Part shown: in pieces, positions 1 through 11,647 of the stretch
How positions within the stretch are numbered: the first letter of the stretch is position 1
Layout: each line of letters starts with the position of its first letter
Source: Nemertoderma westbladi
Lineage: Eukaryota > Animalia > Xenacoelomorpha
NCBI GenBank assembly: GCA_032718475.1
Contig: JAUCBJ010003580.1
Coordinates: 24,027-88,026 of the forward strand
Direction: 5' to 3'
DNA: 64,000 nt
Position numbers and translations under genes: made by a program
Notes under the pieces: generated by a model
The model's database searches: none
What the model was told of the DNA's origin: nothing
What the model saw: the letters and a program-made list of their open reading frames with translations, nothing else

Positions 1-439
1 ACCCTGTCAAAATTAACCGCATTAATTATTCTTAATTTTGTTGCCGTTATCCCAACACCAGGGGGGAAAAACGCCGATGCTGGAGACGTGACTTTACAGA
101 CCACCGAGCCCCGGCCAGTCACCGGATATTGATTGTGGAGAAGGAATGTTTTCTGAGATGCAAGTTTGCGGTTGATAAAAAGCTGCATTAGTTGGATATA
201 CTCTTTAATGTAACTTCCTATAGTTGAAACCTGTTCAACATCATTGAAACCTGATTAAGAATAATTTTGGGCTTCCCCAAATCAATATACACCAAATATT
301 CACAATAATTATACACGATAATATAAATCCCTACGGTATATTATTTAATTACCCACTGTTCGCTCAGATTTTAGCCTACCTAATGTTCCCCAGATTTTTC
401 CCTTGGTCCTAGTCTTAGTGCCGTAGTGTCGGTGTCGGT

Positions 440-1340
440 CGACCCTGTCGCGTGTCCGTTCCACCCCTCACGAACCCTGAAGGGAACGATCATTGAGAAC
501 CAGCACGGCTTGGCTAAGGGTCGGTCCAGTCGGTAGACTCTGTCGCGTATCCGTACCGCCCCTCTCGAACCCCGAAGGGATCGGTCATCGAGAACCAGTA
601 CGGCTTAGCTAGGAGTCTGTTGTGTCGGTGGACCCGTTCGCGTGTCCGTTCCACCCCTCACGAACCCCGAAGGGTTCGATCATCGAGAACCAGAACGGCT
701 TGGCTAGGGGTCCGTCGGTTCATCGCAGAAACCCAACCACCTAGGCTTTCCGAGTCCCTTTCAGGCTCGTAGTCGCTTCGGCAGCCGAGAAACTGCTCCG
801 AACAGTCGGTAGGCCAGTAGAGTCTAGTCCTTTGTCTTTCGACCCCGTCGCGTGTCCGTTCCACCCCTCACGAACCCCGAAGGGAACGATCATCGAGAAC
901 CAGTACGGCTTGGCTAAGGGGTCTGTCGTCGGTTCCCGTCGCAGATCCCCGGTACAAGCAGTCAGCGTTCCGAGTTCTTTTCAGTCTCGTAATAGCTGCC
1001 GTTGACCAGAGACCGCTAAGGGCAGTCCTCGTCAAACCCGTCCTGTGGCCAGCCCTTTCGCATGTCCATCCCACCCCTCGCGAACCCCGAAGGGATCGGT
1101 CATCGAGAACCAGTACGGCTTAGCTCAGGGGGCAGTCGTTAGTCGGCCACCCGTTCGCGTGTCCGCTCCACCCCTCACAAACCCCGAAGGGTTCGATCAT
1201 CGAGAACCAGAACGGCTTGGCTACTAAGGGGCTGTCGTTTCCCATCGCAAATCCCTGACACATGCAGTCAGCGGTCCGAGTTCTTTTCAGTCTCGTAATA
1301 GCTGCTGTTGGCCAGGGACCGCTAAGGGCAGTCCTTGTCC
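440..1340. repeat. Complex imperfect tandem repeat, ~95 bp GC-rich core in six copies plus a longer duplicated spacer
   Basis: Core cgcgtgtccgttccacccctcacgaaccccgaagggWWcgatcatcgagaaccagtacggcttggct recurs near 449, 545, 639, 850, 1059 and 1156. Segment ~930-1040 resembles ~1240-1340. Confidence 0.85.
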
Positions 1341-1641
1341 TTTAGGCCTGGCGCATTACCAAATCCACCCCTACAGGCAGCAGGAAGTTGGCCAGGGCCT
1401 AATAGTACTCAGGCTAACCTGAATACTGCTTGCATTTTCCATCCCCCCCTGGCCCTTATAACTATGAAATTATTCCCGTACCCTGTAAGTTGCCCCAAAG
1501 TTCGCCCATAAATCGCCCCCAGTTTATTGAATGTGCCCAAAACCCATGGTCCCGCTCCCAGTAGTAATATCGGAATAATCAATTTTAAATAAATACAAAA
1601 ATATTCAACTCGCGTTATGGAAAGTTGAAATACCGCGAACA

Positions 1642-1931
1642 ATGCGGATGATCTAGCAAATGTCATGGGTGATAGGGAGTTGTGGCGGTGCAATTTTGTT
1701 GACAAGCCGGCACAGCATTCTTAAAAATGCAGCTGCAATGCAGCATGCCGATCCTAGTAGGACAGCCCATGACTTTCTTGAGACGCATCTTAAAGGACAC
1801 TGGCCTTGAAGATGCGGATGATCTAGCAAATGTCATGGGTGATAGGTAGTTGTGGCGGCGCAATTTTGTCGACAAACCGGCACAGCATTCTTAAAAATTC
1901 AGCTGCAATGCAGCATGTCGATCCTAGTAGT
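1642..1931 (+). mobile_element. Two head-to-tail 3'-end fragments of the RTE-like LINE (1642-1760, 1760-1931)
   Basis: Near-identical to the reverse complement of 20321-20495. Each fragment ends gatccTAGTAG. Confidence 0.9.
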
Positions 1932-2203
1932 GCTGGACTCCTCACACTTGGGAAACTTGTTGCTCAAGAAAATACCAATTATTCAAAATATATAAATAGT
2001 GTTTTATTTATGTATCATATCAAATCACTCAAATGTGGACTTTAACAGTCTTTATGGGTCTCACTTTAGCGGAAAATAAAGGGGATATATTAAAGAAAAT
2101 AATGTTATATTAAAAACAAAAGTATTTAAATATTTTACGGGGAATATAAGTTTTTAAAAATGTGGCAGCAAGAAGTTTCTAACTTCCTCGCACACAGAAA
2201 CTT

Positions 2204-3410
2204 ATGTTGCGCAATGTTTCGAAGTGTGTCCAGCAACTTATTGCTGACTCCCTCACAAGGAGCAACTTTGTTGCGCAATGTGTCCAGCAACTTATTGCTG
2301 ACTCCCTCACAAGGAGCAACTTTGTTGCGCAATGTGTCCAGCAACTTATTGCTGACTCCCTCACAAGGAGCAACTTTGTTGCGCAATGTGTCCAGCAACT
2401 TATTGCTGACTCCCTCACAAGGAGCAACTTTGTTGCGCAATGTGTCCAGCAACTTATTGCTGACTCCCTCACAAGGAGCAACTTTGTTGCGCAATGTGTC
2501 CAGCAACTTATTGCTGACTCCCTCACAAGGAGCAACTTTGTTGCGCAATGTGTCCAGCAACTTATTGCTGACTCCCTCACAAGGAGCAACTTTGTTGCGC
2601 ATTGTGTCCAGCAACTTATTGCTGACTCCCTCACAAGGAGCAACTTTGTTGCGCAATGTGTCCAGCAACTTATTGCTGACTCCCTCACAAGGAGCAACTT
2701 TGTTGCGCAATGTGTCCAGCAACTTATTGCTGACTCCCTCACAAGGAGCAACTTTGTTGCGCAATGTGTCCAGCAACTTATTGCTGACTCCCTCACAAGG
2801 AGCAACTTTGTTGCGCAATGTGTCCAGCAACTTATTGCTGACTCCCTCACAAGGAGCAACTTTGTTGCGCAATGTGTCCAGCAACTTATTGCTGACTCCC
2901 TCACAAGGAGCAACTTTGTTGCGCAATGTGTCCAGCAACTTATTGCTGACTCCCTCACAAGGAGCAACTTTGTTGCGCAATGTGTCCAGCAACTTATTGC
3001 TGACTCCCTCGCAAGGAGCAACTTTGTTGCGCAATGTGTCCAGCAACTTATTGCTGACTCCCTCACAAGGAGCAACTTTGTTGCGCAATGTGTCCAGCAA
3101 CTTATTGCTGACTCCCTCACAAGGAGCAACTTTGTTGCGCAATGTGTCCAGCAACTTATTGCTGACTCCCTCACAAGGAGCAACTTTGTTGCGCAATGTG
3201 TCCAGCAACTTATTGCTGACTCCCTCACAAGGAGCAACTTTGTTGCGCAATGTGTCCAGCAACTTATTGCTGACTCCCTCACAAGGAGCAACTTTGTTGC
3301 GCAATGTGTCCAGCAACTTATTGCTGACTCCCTCACAAGGAGCAACTTTGTTGCGCAATGTGTCCAGCAACTTATTGCTGACTCCCTCACAAGGAGCAAC
3401 TTTTGTTGCA
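2204..3410. repeat. 54 bp minisatellite, ~22 nearly identical copies, probably internal to a MITE-like element
   Basis: Unit gcgcaatgtgtccagcaacttattgctgactccctcacaaggagcaactttgtt, rich in short inverted repeats. The right flank ends gtgtgaggggggcctt (3443), and a degenerate inverse ctcctcacac lies at ~1938. Confidence 0.95.
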
Positions 3411-3478
3411 GAAACAAAAGTTGCTCGGTGTGAGGGGGGCCTTGTGTAAACCTATTATTCGTCTGTTTTGTTTTATAG

Positions 3479-6196
3479 AAAACGCGCCATGGACGAGGAG
3501 CGTAAAGATGCAGAGAAGACTGAACGAGAGTTGGAGGAGAGAATGAAATCAGTGAAAACCGATTCCGAGTCTGTAACTGTCCGGATACAAGAACTACAAG
3601 AGGAATCTCGGAACATCGGAAAGGTTATAGACCTTGAGACCAATAACCCAGCAGAGGTTGCAGAAGGTGAAGAGCATATCGAAAATAATGTTGTTGACTT
3701 CGCAGTGAAAGAAGAAGATTCGGAAGACATTATAAATACAATAAAAAGTATCGAATTTTGTAATCCTAATGAGCATAAAGAACTAGTTTATACTGAAAAT
3801 AAATTTTTGAATAATGAAGAAGAACAAAGTGCCCCGGAAGATAACGTTGTTGGAAATAACTCGACAACGTCTCTCATTGACAACGTAGATGTTTCGGAAA
3901 AAACACAACCGAAATGTGAATCGAGTTTCGTAAAATCGGAAGCGGAAAATTCGATTAGCGGTTCTTCTACTGACGTATACCGTCCAGATGCGGTTCAGAA
4001 GTTGGCCGATTTCCCAGCAGTTCAGCCTGCGGTGGTTCCACAGACCCCTGTAGTTCCTCAGCCTGCGGTGGTTCCACAGACCCCTGTAGTTCCTCAGCCT
4101 GCGGTGGTTCCACAGACCCCTGTAGTTCCTCAGCCTGCGGTGGTTCCACAGACCCCTGTAGTTCCTCAGCCTGCGGTGGTTCCACAGACCCCTGTAGTTC
4201 CTCAGCCTGCGGTGGTTCCACAGACCACTGTAGTTCCTCAGCCTGCGGTGGTTCCACAGACCCCTGTAGTTCCTCAGCCTGCGGTGGTTCCACAGACCCC
4301 TGTAGTTCCTCAGCCTGCGGTGGTTCCACAGACCCCTGTAGTTCCTCAGCCTGCGGTGGTTCCACAGACCCCTGTAGTTCCTCAGCCTGCGGTGGTTCCA
4401 CAGACCCCTGTAGTTCCTCAGCCTGCGGTGGTTCCGTTGGACCATTGCAGCTCGTTGCGTCGTCTACAGTGGATGGAATCCTGTACATTCTACGCGATAT
4501 CGTCCACGACTTCCTCTACGTTGCGGGACGAACGTCAACTTCCCCGTCGTAGCGCGAAGGCTCGTCGTCTAGAACCACTCTCGGTTCAACCAATACTCGA
4601 TAACCTACCATCGGATATACAACCAACCGCTAACTCTTTAAACTTAGTTACCACGGTAACACTAAGCGATCTGCCGGGTTGCGACTTGATTACCTTAACG
4701 CAATGCCGCAGACTTGAAAGTCTCCGGCTTATTAACACCGGCGTCGCAACGATAAACGGACTTAGTGAACTCCAAAATCTAAAATATATTTACGCCGCTA
4801 ATAACGCGTTGGAATTTGTTTGTTTAGATAATTCAACGCTGATTGAAATCTCGTTAATTAATAATAATCTAAAATGCGTTCCTTTCCTTCGTGGCTGCGA
4901 AAACTTACGAATGTTGAATCTTTCCCGAAATAAAATCACAAAACTCTCTGGATTGGAGGGATTAAGTTGTTTGTTGATTATTAACCTAAGTAACAATCAG
5001 TTGATTTCGACTCGAGGTTTGTCCGCTTGTCCGAATTTAATTAATATCGATGTTTCTTCCAATCATCTCCCTTCCCTCGCTGACCTACAAGAGTTGCCGT
5101 TAATTCAATCTGTAAACGCGAATTCTAATAATATCTCCGACCTGTCCGATTTCGCTAATAATATTTTACTTAGAGAAATATTGGCAGACGATAATAACAT
5201 AGTGAGTGTCGGCAGCTTTGCCTTGTCGTGGTTACCGTGTTTGACGCGTCTATCGCTAAGCGGCAACCAGATCGAGCAGTGTAACGCGTTACCATACTGC
5301 TGTAACCTCCAACACATTAACTTGTCGCACAATCAGATCGCCGATGTTACCGGAGTTACCAATCTATCCGATATCCACTCCGTTACCAGGGTCACCGTGG
5401 AAGGCAACCCTTGGGTGGAGGACCCAGACTTTAATACCGAGTACCGATCCGCGTTTCCATGGATACACCACGCGAAAGCGTCGGAACTTCTTCCTGATTG
5501 GATACAAATGTGTCGACGTAACAACGAACATTTGGAGACATTGTGGCGCCAATACGTCGCTGTAAGTAGTCGTTGCGTTGCACCGAGTTGCCATAGTGAC
5601 GACCAAGGATCGACGTCGGTCAATCGTCTGGGCCGTTTGTTTGACGAGTTATTGAAACATTCGGTAGAAACTCGTTTGAACCACGAGTACGGTAGCGGTG
5701 GCGAACCCGCTGATACTGCGAGGGAGGCGGGGGTTACCCCGTCGGTACCAGCCGATACGTCCAATATTCTAGGTGGGTCTAAACCGGTGGTTAACAAGCC
5801 ACCGTTACCTAGGCAACAAAGAGAGACTAAACACCATCCCGGTTGTCACGTTGGTGTTTCTGCCAAGGACGTTCGAGAGGTTCTAACCAATGCCGATCGC
5901 GGACTATCAGCTGTTACGGAGGTTGGAAGTCGGACAGCAGCTGCGACTATTGGTGGGCATTCAGCTGTTACGGAGGTTGGAAGTCGGACAGCAGCTGCGA
6001 CTATTGGTGGGCATTCAGCTGTTACGGAGGTTGGAAGTCGGTCAGCCACTGCGACTATTGGTGGGCATTCAGCTGTTACGGCGGTTGGAAGTCGGTCAGC
6101 AGCTGCGACTATTGGTGGGCATTCAGCTGTAGGGAATCAAAGTAAATCAGCTGTGATGATTCAGGCAGCTTGGAGGGGATTCTCAACAAGGAAATG
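3479..6196 (+). CDS. LRRIQ1: LRRIQ1-like gene, large internal exon (acidic/coiled-coil region, LRR block, start of IQ motif)
   Basis: Acceptor ttttatAG at 3477-3478 and donor TG|GTTAGT at 6197. The frame is open throughout, with about 10 LRRs (LxxLxLSxNxI, e.g. LRMLNLSRNKITKL, LIINLSNNQL, LQHINLSHNQI), an LRR cap (VEGNPW) and the IQ motif IQAAWRGFSTRKW. Upstream exons were not found in the window. Confidence 0.85.
4023..4436 (+). repeat. Coding 36 bp minisatellite (QPAVVPQTPVVP) x ~11.5
   Basis: Unit cagcctgcggtggttccacagacccctgtagttcct, in frame within the large exon. Confidence 0.95.
5907..6130 (+). repeat. Coding 54 bp minisatellite (SAVTEVGSRTAAATIGGH) x ~4
   Basis: tcagctgttacgg recurs at 5907, 5961 and onward with a 54 bp period, in frame. 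Confidence 0.95.
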
Positions 6197-6522
6197 GTTA
6201 GTTTATTCATTTTAATGCTTTTAGTGAAATAATATTTAATAATAATCATTTTTGAACTCATTTGTAACTATTTGGTTAGATTCACAACTGGATATACTAA
6301 TTCATATTAGGGAGCACAGATTTGTAACCATGTCTTGTAACCGAGACATCCAAGATGTTACTGGGCACTCAGATTTGTAACCATGTCTCGTAACTGAAAC
6401 ATCCAAGATGTTACTGGGCACTCAGATTTGTAACCATGTCTTGTAACTGAAACATCCAAGATGTTACTGGGCACACAGATTTGTAACCATGTCTCGTAAC
6501 CGAGACATCCAAGATGTTACTG

Positions 6523-7729
6523 TAACTTCAGGGATAATGTCTGCGCCTCGTCAACGTCTGCACAAGAGGCTCAATAAACATCGGGAGAACATCAACAGCT
6601 ACAGGAAAGCTCTGGATAAGGCAATAAAAAACAACAAGCCGATATGTACTGTGGCAACAACTGACCCGGAGGTGCTATTGCTTCAACATTTCAGTAGCTG
6701 TAATAATTACGAAGTAACATGCGTCCAGCAATTTCGTAACCACCAGCGTCGTATTCATAATGAAGCATTACTCATTAATTGCCACCGCCCACCCCTCAAT
6801 AAACTGGTACGACTTCTATAGAATGAAACTTCGACCCGATGGCTCGCCCCCACCTAACATTTGGATGTAACAAACTCACACCACCTCTAATAATTAATTA
6901 ACTGTGCAGTACGCTCTACCCTTGCTGTAATATACATTGTGTCAGCCAGCTGTAATGTACGTACTATAGCCGAACATATTAGTATTCAATAGGAAATACC
7001 AAAACAAAAACTTTTTTAAAAATTGTAATATGTAATCTTGTAGGGATTCCTTTTATTTAGTAACAGTAATATGTGTCCTTTTATCCCCCTCAATTTTATG
7101 GCTTAGGTGTTCTTTCCCTTCTTTTAAATATATTTTTAAATGATTTTTTATTTCAGAACCAACATTTTTTTAGAATTTTTTTTTACCCTTTTACCAGCCT
7201 CACTTTTATTTGTAAATTTGAAACTCAACGACTTAATATTGGAACCAACAATTTTTAACTATTTTTAATCATGTAATGGTTTTAACGTTACCCACCCTTT
7301 TTACACCTCTTCATTTAGCACCCTTTTTATTTTTATTTTTAATTTTTTAAATTTAATATTGAACGTCTAATACCTTAACAACACTTGTAGCCTACAATTA
7401 TATCTCTTGGCCTACATACAGTATTATGATAAATCTAAATATGTTAATCTAATACATCCTATCATACTGTCTATATCGGAATTTGGTGGCATAATAATTG
7501 GTTGTACCGTACGTTAAATTTAATATTATGGTTTAGGTTTATAAATTGTGTTTTAATGTTATTTTAATTTAATTTACTGAAGACGTCCGTGAGGATGAAA
7601 TGGCCATATAAATAGAAACTGTTTTCGTTAACCGTGGCATTAGACCCTTTCTACAGTCATTTTCCCTGAAGTTATAATTATGGATACGCCACGAACGGCA
7701 TCATTTCGACTTCTTTCCCATTTAAATTA
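6523..7729 (+). mobile_element. 5'-truncated Penelope-like element (C-terminal GIY-YIG endonuclease fragment plus pLTR)
   Basis: Peptide RQRLHKRLNKH...QHF...RRIHNEALLINCHRPPLN fits the C-terminal half of PLE GIY-YIG domains. The 12 bp duplication aagatgttactg lies at 6511-6522 and 7730-7741. A hammerhead motif is at 7572-7613. The 5'-terminal taacttcaggga is the inverse of 7663-7674. Confidence 0.8.
7572..7613 (+). ncRNA. Minimal type I hammerhead ribozyme (Penelope pLTR type)
   Basis: attta-CTGAAGA-c-gtcc-gtga-ggat-GAAA-t-ggcc-a-TA-taaat. Stem I is attta/taaat, stem II is gtcc/ggat, helix III has the palindromic loop tggcca, and the NUH triplet is AUA (cleavage after 7608). Confidence 0.75.
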
Positions 7730-8405
7730 AAGATGTTACTGGGAGTCTCGTGACCGAGACATCCAAGATGTTACTGGGCACTCAGAATTGTAACCAAGTC
7801 TCGTGACCGAGACATCCAAGATGATACTGGGCACTCAGATTTGTAACCATGTCTCGTAACCGAGACATCCAAGATGTTACTGGGCACACAGATTTGTAAC
7901 CAAGTCTAGTAACCGAGACATCCAAGATGTTACTGGGCACTCAGATTTGTAACCATGTCTCGTAACCGAGACATGCAAGATGTTACTGGGCACACAGATT
8001 TGTAACCAAGTCTCGTAACCGAGACATCCAAGATGTTACTGGGCACACAGATTTGTAACCATGTCTCGCAACCGAGACATCCAAGATGTTACTGGGCACA
8101 CAGATTTGTAACCAAGTCTAGTAACCGAGACATCCAAGATGTTACTGGGCACTCAGATTTGTAACCATGTCTCGTAACCGAGACATCCAAGATGTTACTG
8201 GGCACTCAGAATTGTAACCAAGTCTCGTGACCGAGACATCCAAGATGATACTGGGCACTCAGATTTGTAACCATGAACTCCAATTTGAAATCAGGAATTC
8301 AAATTCCTAACTGCCGGTATCAGATATGATTTTGCTTTAGACTCACATCGGAATTTTATATAAATTATTTTACATGTAAAATAATAACTATCTAACTTAT
8401 ATCAG

Positions 8406-8604
8406 GTTTAAGGAGGCTTTGGTTGATTCAAAGAAGGAGCTTGCACATTGGGCTGCGTCCCGAATACAGGCTCTATGGCGAGGGGCCCGGGTTCGAATCG
8501 TACTCGCAGACATCCGCCACTCAATGAAACGTGTTGAGTGTGATTCTGATGGGTCCACTGCTAGTCTGGAAGAAGTCGACTTAGCCGAGTTCAATATAAA
8601 TGAG
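8406..8604 (+). CDS. LRRIQ1: LRRIQ1-like exon with IQ motif
   Basis: Acceptor cAG at 8404-8405 and donor GAG|GTGAGT at 8605. The phase-2 join restores W (TG+G). Encodes FKEALVDSKKELAHWAASRIQALWRGARVR...LEEVDLAEFNINE. Confidence 0.85.
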
Positions 8605-8611
8605 GTGAGTT

Positions 8612-9418
8612 CCTACTACCCTGCTACTACCCTGCTACTACCCTGCTACTACCCTGCTACTACCCTGCTACTACCCTGCTACTACCCTGCTACTACCCTG
8701 CTACTACCCTGCTACTACCCTGCTACTACCCTGCTACTACCCTGCTACTACCCTGCTACTACCCTGCTACTACCCTGCTACTACCCTGCTACTACCCTGC
8801 ACTACCCTGCTACTACCCTGCACTACCCTGCTACTACCCTGCTACTACCCTGCTACTACCCTGCTACTACCGTGCACTACCCTGCTACTACCCTGCTACT
8901 ACCCTGCTACTACCCTGCTGCTACCCTCTTACTACCCTGCTACTACCCTGCTACTACCCTGCTACTACCCTGCTACTACCCTGCTACTACCCTGCACTAC
9001 CCTGCTACTACCCTGCACTACCCTGCTACTACCCTGCTACTACCCTGCTACTACCCTGCTACTACCCTGCTACTACCCTGCTACTACCCTGCTACTACCC
9101 TGCTACTACCCTGCTACTACCCTGCTACTACCCTGCTACTACCCTGCTACTACCCTGCTACTACCCTGCTACTACCCTGCACTACCCTGCTACTACCCTG
9201 CACTACCCTGCTACTACCCTGCTACTACCCTGCTACTACCCTGCTACTACCGTGCACTACCCTGCTACTACCCTGCTACTACCCTGCTACTACCCTGCTG
9301 CTACCCTCTTACTACCCTGCTACTACCCTGCTACTACCCTGCTACTACCCTGCTACTACCCTGCACTACCCTGCTACTACCCTGCACTACCCTGCTACTA
9401 CCCTGCTACTATCCTGCT
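8612..9418. repeat. 11 bp repeat (CTACTACCCTG)n, ~70+ copies with shorter variants
   Basis: Directly visible. It begins 7 nt downstream of the splice donor at 8605. Confidence 0.95.
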
Positions 9419-10670
9419 AAAAAAACAACTGGATTACATCCTTATAAACAAAAAGTTGAGAAACAGGATGATTAACAGCGAGGCATACAGCTCGTTCAAC
9501 CTAATTGGTTCGGACCACAGAATTGTGACTGCAGAGATCAGAATCAGTTTGAGAGCCAGCAAACCCAGGACAAGCAAGAAAATCAACTATGACTGGGAGA
9601 AACTGAGAACTGACAATGCTGTAAAGGATGCTTATACAGTAGAAGTTCAAAACCGCTTTGAAGCACTTCAGTCAATGGATGAAGACCAATCCACCGATTC
9701 AATATACCAGAATATAATAACAGCCCACAAGGAATCAGCTAGAGGCATATCCCCCAGAAACCTAAACGAAAACAGTATGTGCCATGGCAAAACTCTGAGG
9801 TTACTTGTAAGAGAGAAGATCTTAAGATAGCCTACAAAGTTAAAACCGAACAACCAACAACCGAAAACATTAACAAGGTTGAGAAAGCTAAGGACGATCT
9901 TAAATTGGCCTACAACATCAGCCAGGAAAAGTACATACAGGATAAAACTGAAGCAATTACAACAGCTCACATACAGCAACAATCAAGACTTACCTGGCAA
10001 ACTGTAAATGAGGTATCTGGTCGGAAAAGTTGTGCAAAGGGGCGCCTCAAAGCCGATAGTCCTGAAGAACGTGTTGGGAAGTGGAAAAATCACTTCAGCA
10101 ACTTTCTTGGCCAGCCACCAAACGTCGAGGTCAGCCCTACAAGGAAAATATATGACAAGACACTACCTATAGAAATAGGGGACTTCACACCTGCCGAACT
10201 CCAAAGAAGCATTAAAAGCATGTCCAATAATAAAGCGAGTGGATTAGATGAAATCCCAGCGGAGGTATGGAAAACCGGAGTGCTAAACAGACCATTATTG
10301 AATGTTTGCAACCGGATGTTAAAAGGGGAAAAGCCACCACCAATTTGGACTAAAGGTCAACTAAAGCCTCTCCCCAAGAAAGGAGACCTCGGCATACCAA
10401 CAAACTATCGTGGGATCTGACTGCTTGTGGTGGCTGCCATAATATACAATAAAATGATTCTATATAGGATTAGGCCTCACATAGAGAAACTACTGCGTAA
10501 GAGCCAAAACGGATTTCGACCAAGTAGATCAACAATAGCTCAGATACTTGCACTACGGAGACTGATTGAAGGAATTAAGTCAAAGAATCTCCCCGCTGTT
10601 TGGACCTTTGTGGAATTCAAGAAAGCATTCGACTCAATCCATAGAGGTAAAATGCTGGAAATCCTATGAG
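9419..10670 (+). mobile_element. Decayed internal fragment of an RTE-like non-LTR retrotransposon (end of endonuclease plus N-half of RT)
   Basis: QLDYIL...SDHRIV (APE C-terminus), KASGLDEIPAE, PKKGDL..NYRGI, QNGFR, FKKAFDSI. There is a frameshift near 9750 and an in-frame stop at 10418-10420. Confidence 0.9.
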
Positions 10671-10676
10671 CTAACA

Positions 10677-11383
10677 ATATGGGTACCGCTGTGGGGCGAG
10701 CCACGAATTAATCGAGCTTAGTGTATGGGTACCGCTGTGGGGCGAGCCACGAATTAAGCGAGCTTAGTGTATGGGTACCGCTGTGGGGCGAGCCACGAAT
10801 TAAGCGAGCTTAGTGTATGGGTACCGCTGTGGGGCGAGCCACGAATTAAGCGAGCTTAGTGTATGGGTACCGCTGTGGGGCGAGCCACGAATTAATCGAG
10901 CTTAGTGTATGGGTACCGCTGTGGGGCGAGCCACGAATTAACCGAGCTTAGAATATGGGTACCGCTGTGGGGCGAGCCGCGAATTAAGCGAGCTTAGAAT
11001 ATGGGTGCCGCTGTGGGGCGAGCCTCGAATTAAGCGAGCTTAGAATATGGGTACCACTGTGGGGCAGCCGCGAATTAAGCGAGCTTAGAATATGGGTACC
11101 GCTGTGGGGCGAGCCGCGAATTAAGCGAGCTTAGAATATGGGTGCCGCTGTGGGGCGAGCCTCGAATTAAGCGAGCTTAGAATATGGGTACCGCTGTGGG
11201 GCAGCCGCGAATTAAGCGAGCTTAGAATATGGGTACCGTTGTGGGGCGAGCCGCGAATTAAGCGAGCTTAGAATATGGGTGCCGCTGTGGGGCGAGCCTC
11301 GAATTAAGCGAGCTTAGAATATGGGTACCGCTGTGGGGCAAACCTCGAATTAAACGAGCTTATAATATGGGTACCGCTATGGG
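10677..11383. repeat. 45-46 bp minisatellite, ~15 copies
   Basis: Unit atgggtaccgctgtggggcgagccacgaattaagcgagcttagtgt, switching to a ...cttagaat variant midway. Confidence 0.95.
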
Positions 11384-11474
11384 TCTTGTTCCAATGTCTC
11401 ATACTGCCACTTACTGAACCGAGGACTATCATATTTAGTTCGTATATAGTTTTACTGTACTTTTATTGTTTTAG

Positions 11475-11647
11475 GAGGATTTAGACTTGGGTTTTATGGA
11501 GCCGTCGTCAAACATAAACCAAATGGTGAGTGGAGAAATCAGTCACGGCGAGTCATCCCAAGCCTGGGTTGCCGGTAATACGCAGAGAACAACAAACCTT
11601 GACGGACATCGATCTGATCGGAAACAGGGAAAGATATCGCAGGAATG
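11475..11647 (+). CDS. LRRIQ1: LRRIQ1-like exon ending ...GKISQE(W)
   Basis: Acceptor ttttattgttttAG ending at 11474 and donor TG|GTTAGT at 11648. The phase-0 join from the previous exon gives EDLDLGFMEP...KISQE-W. Confidence 0.8.

Larger units (their letters stand above)
6310..8275. repeat. 53 bp intronic minisatellite (~4 + ~10 copies) split by a Penelope-like insertion
   Basis: Unit gggcactcagatttgtaaccatgtctcgtaaccgagacatccaagatgttact at 6310-6522 and 7730-8275. Confidence 0.95.

Noticed and set aside
2135-3449. Four overlapping ~410-430 aa ORFs on both strands
   Set aside because: Artefacts of the stop-poor 54 bp repeat unit.
6190-6203. Similarity of donor GGAAATG|GTTAGT to the amplified donor GGAATG|GTTAGT
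   Set aside because: Explained by a split Trp codon plus the donor consensus; the similarity does not extend further.
8605-9420. Extension of ORF 8419-9420 (YYPATTLLLPC repeats)
   Set aside because: Read-through past a strong GTGAGT donor into an 11 bp intronic repeat.
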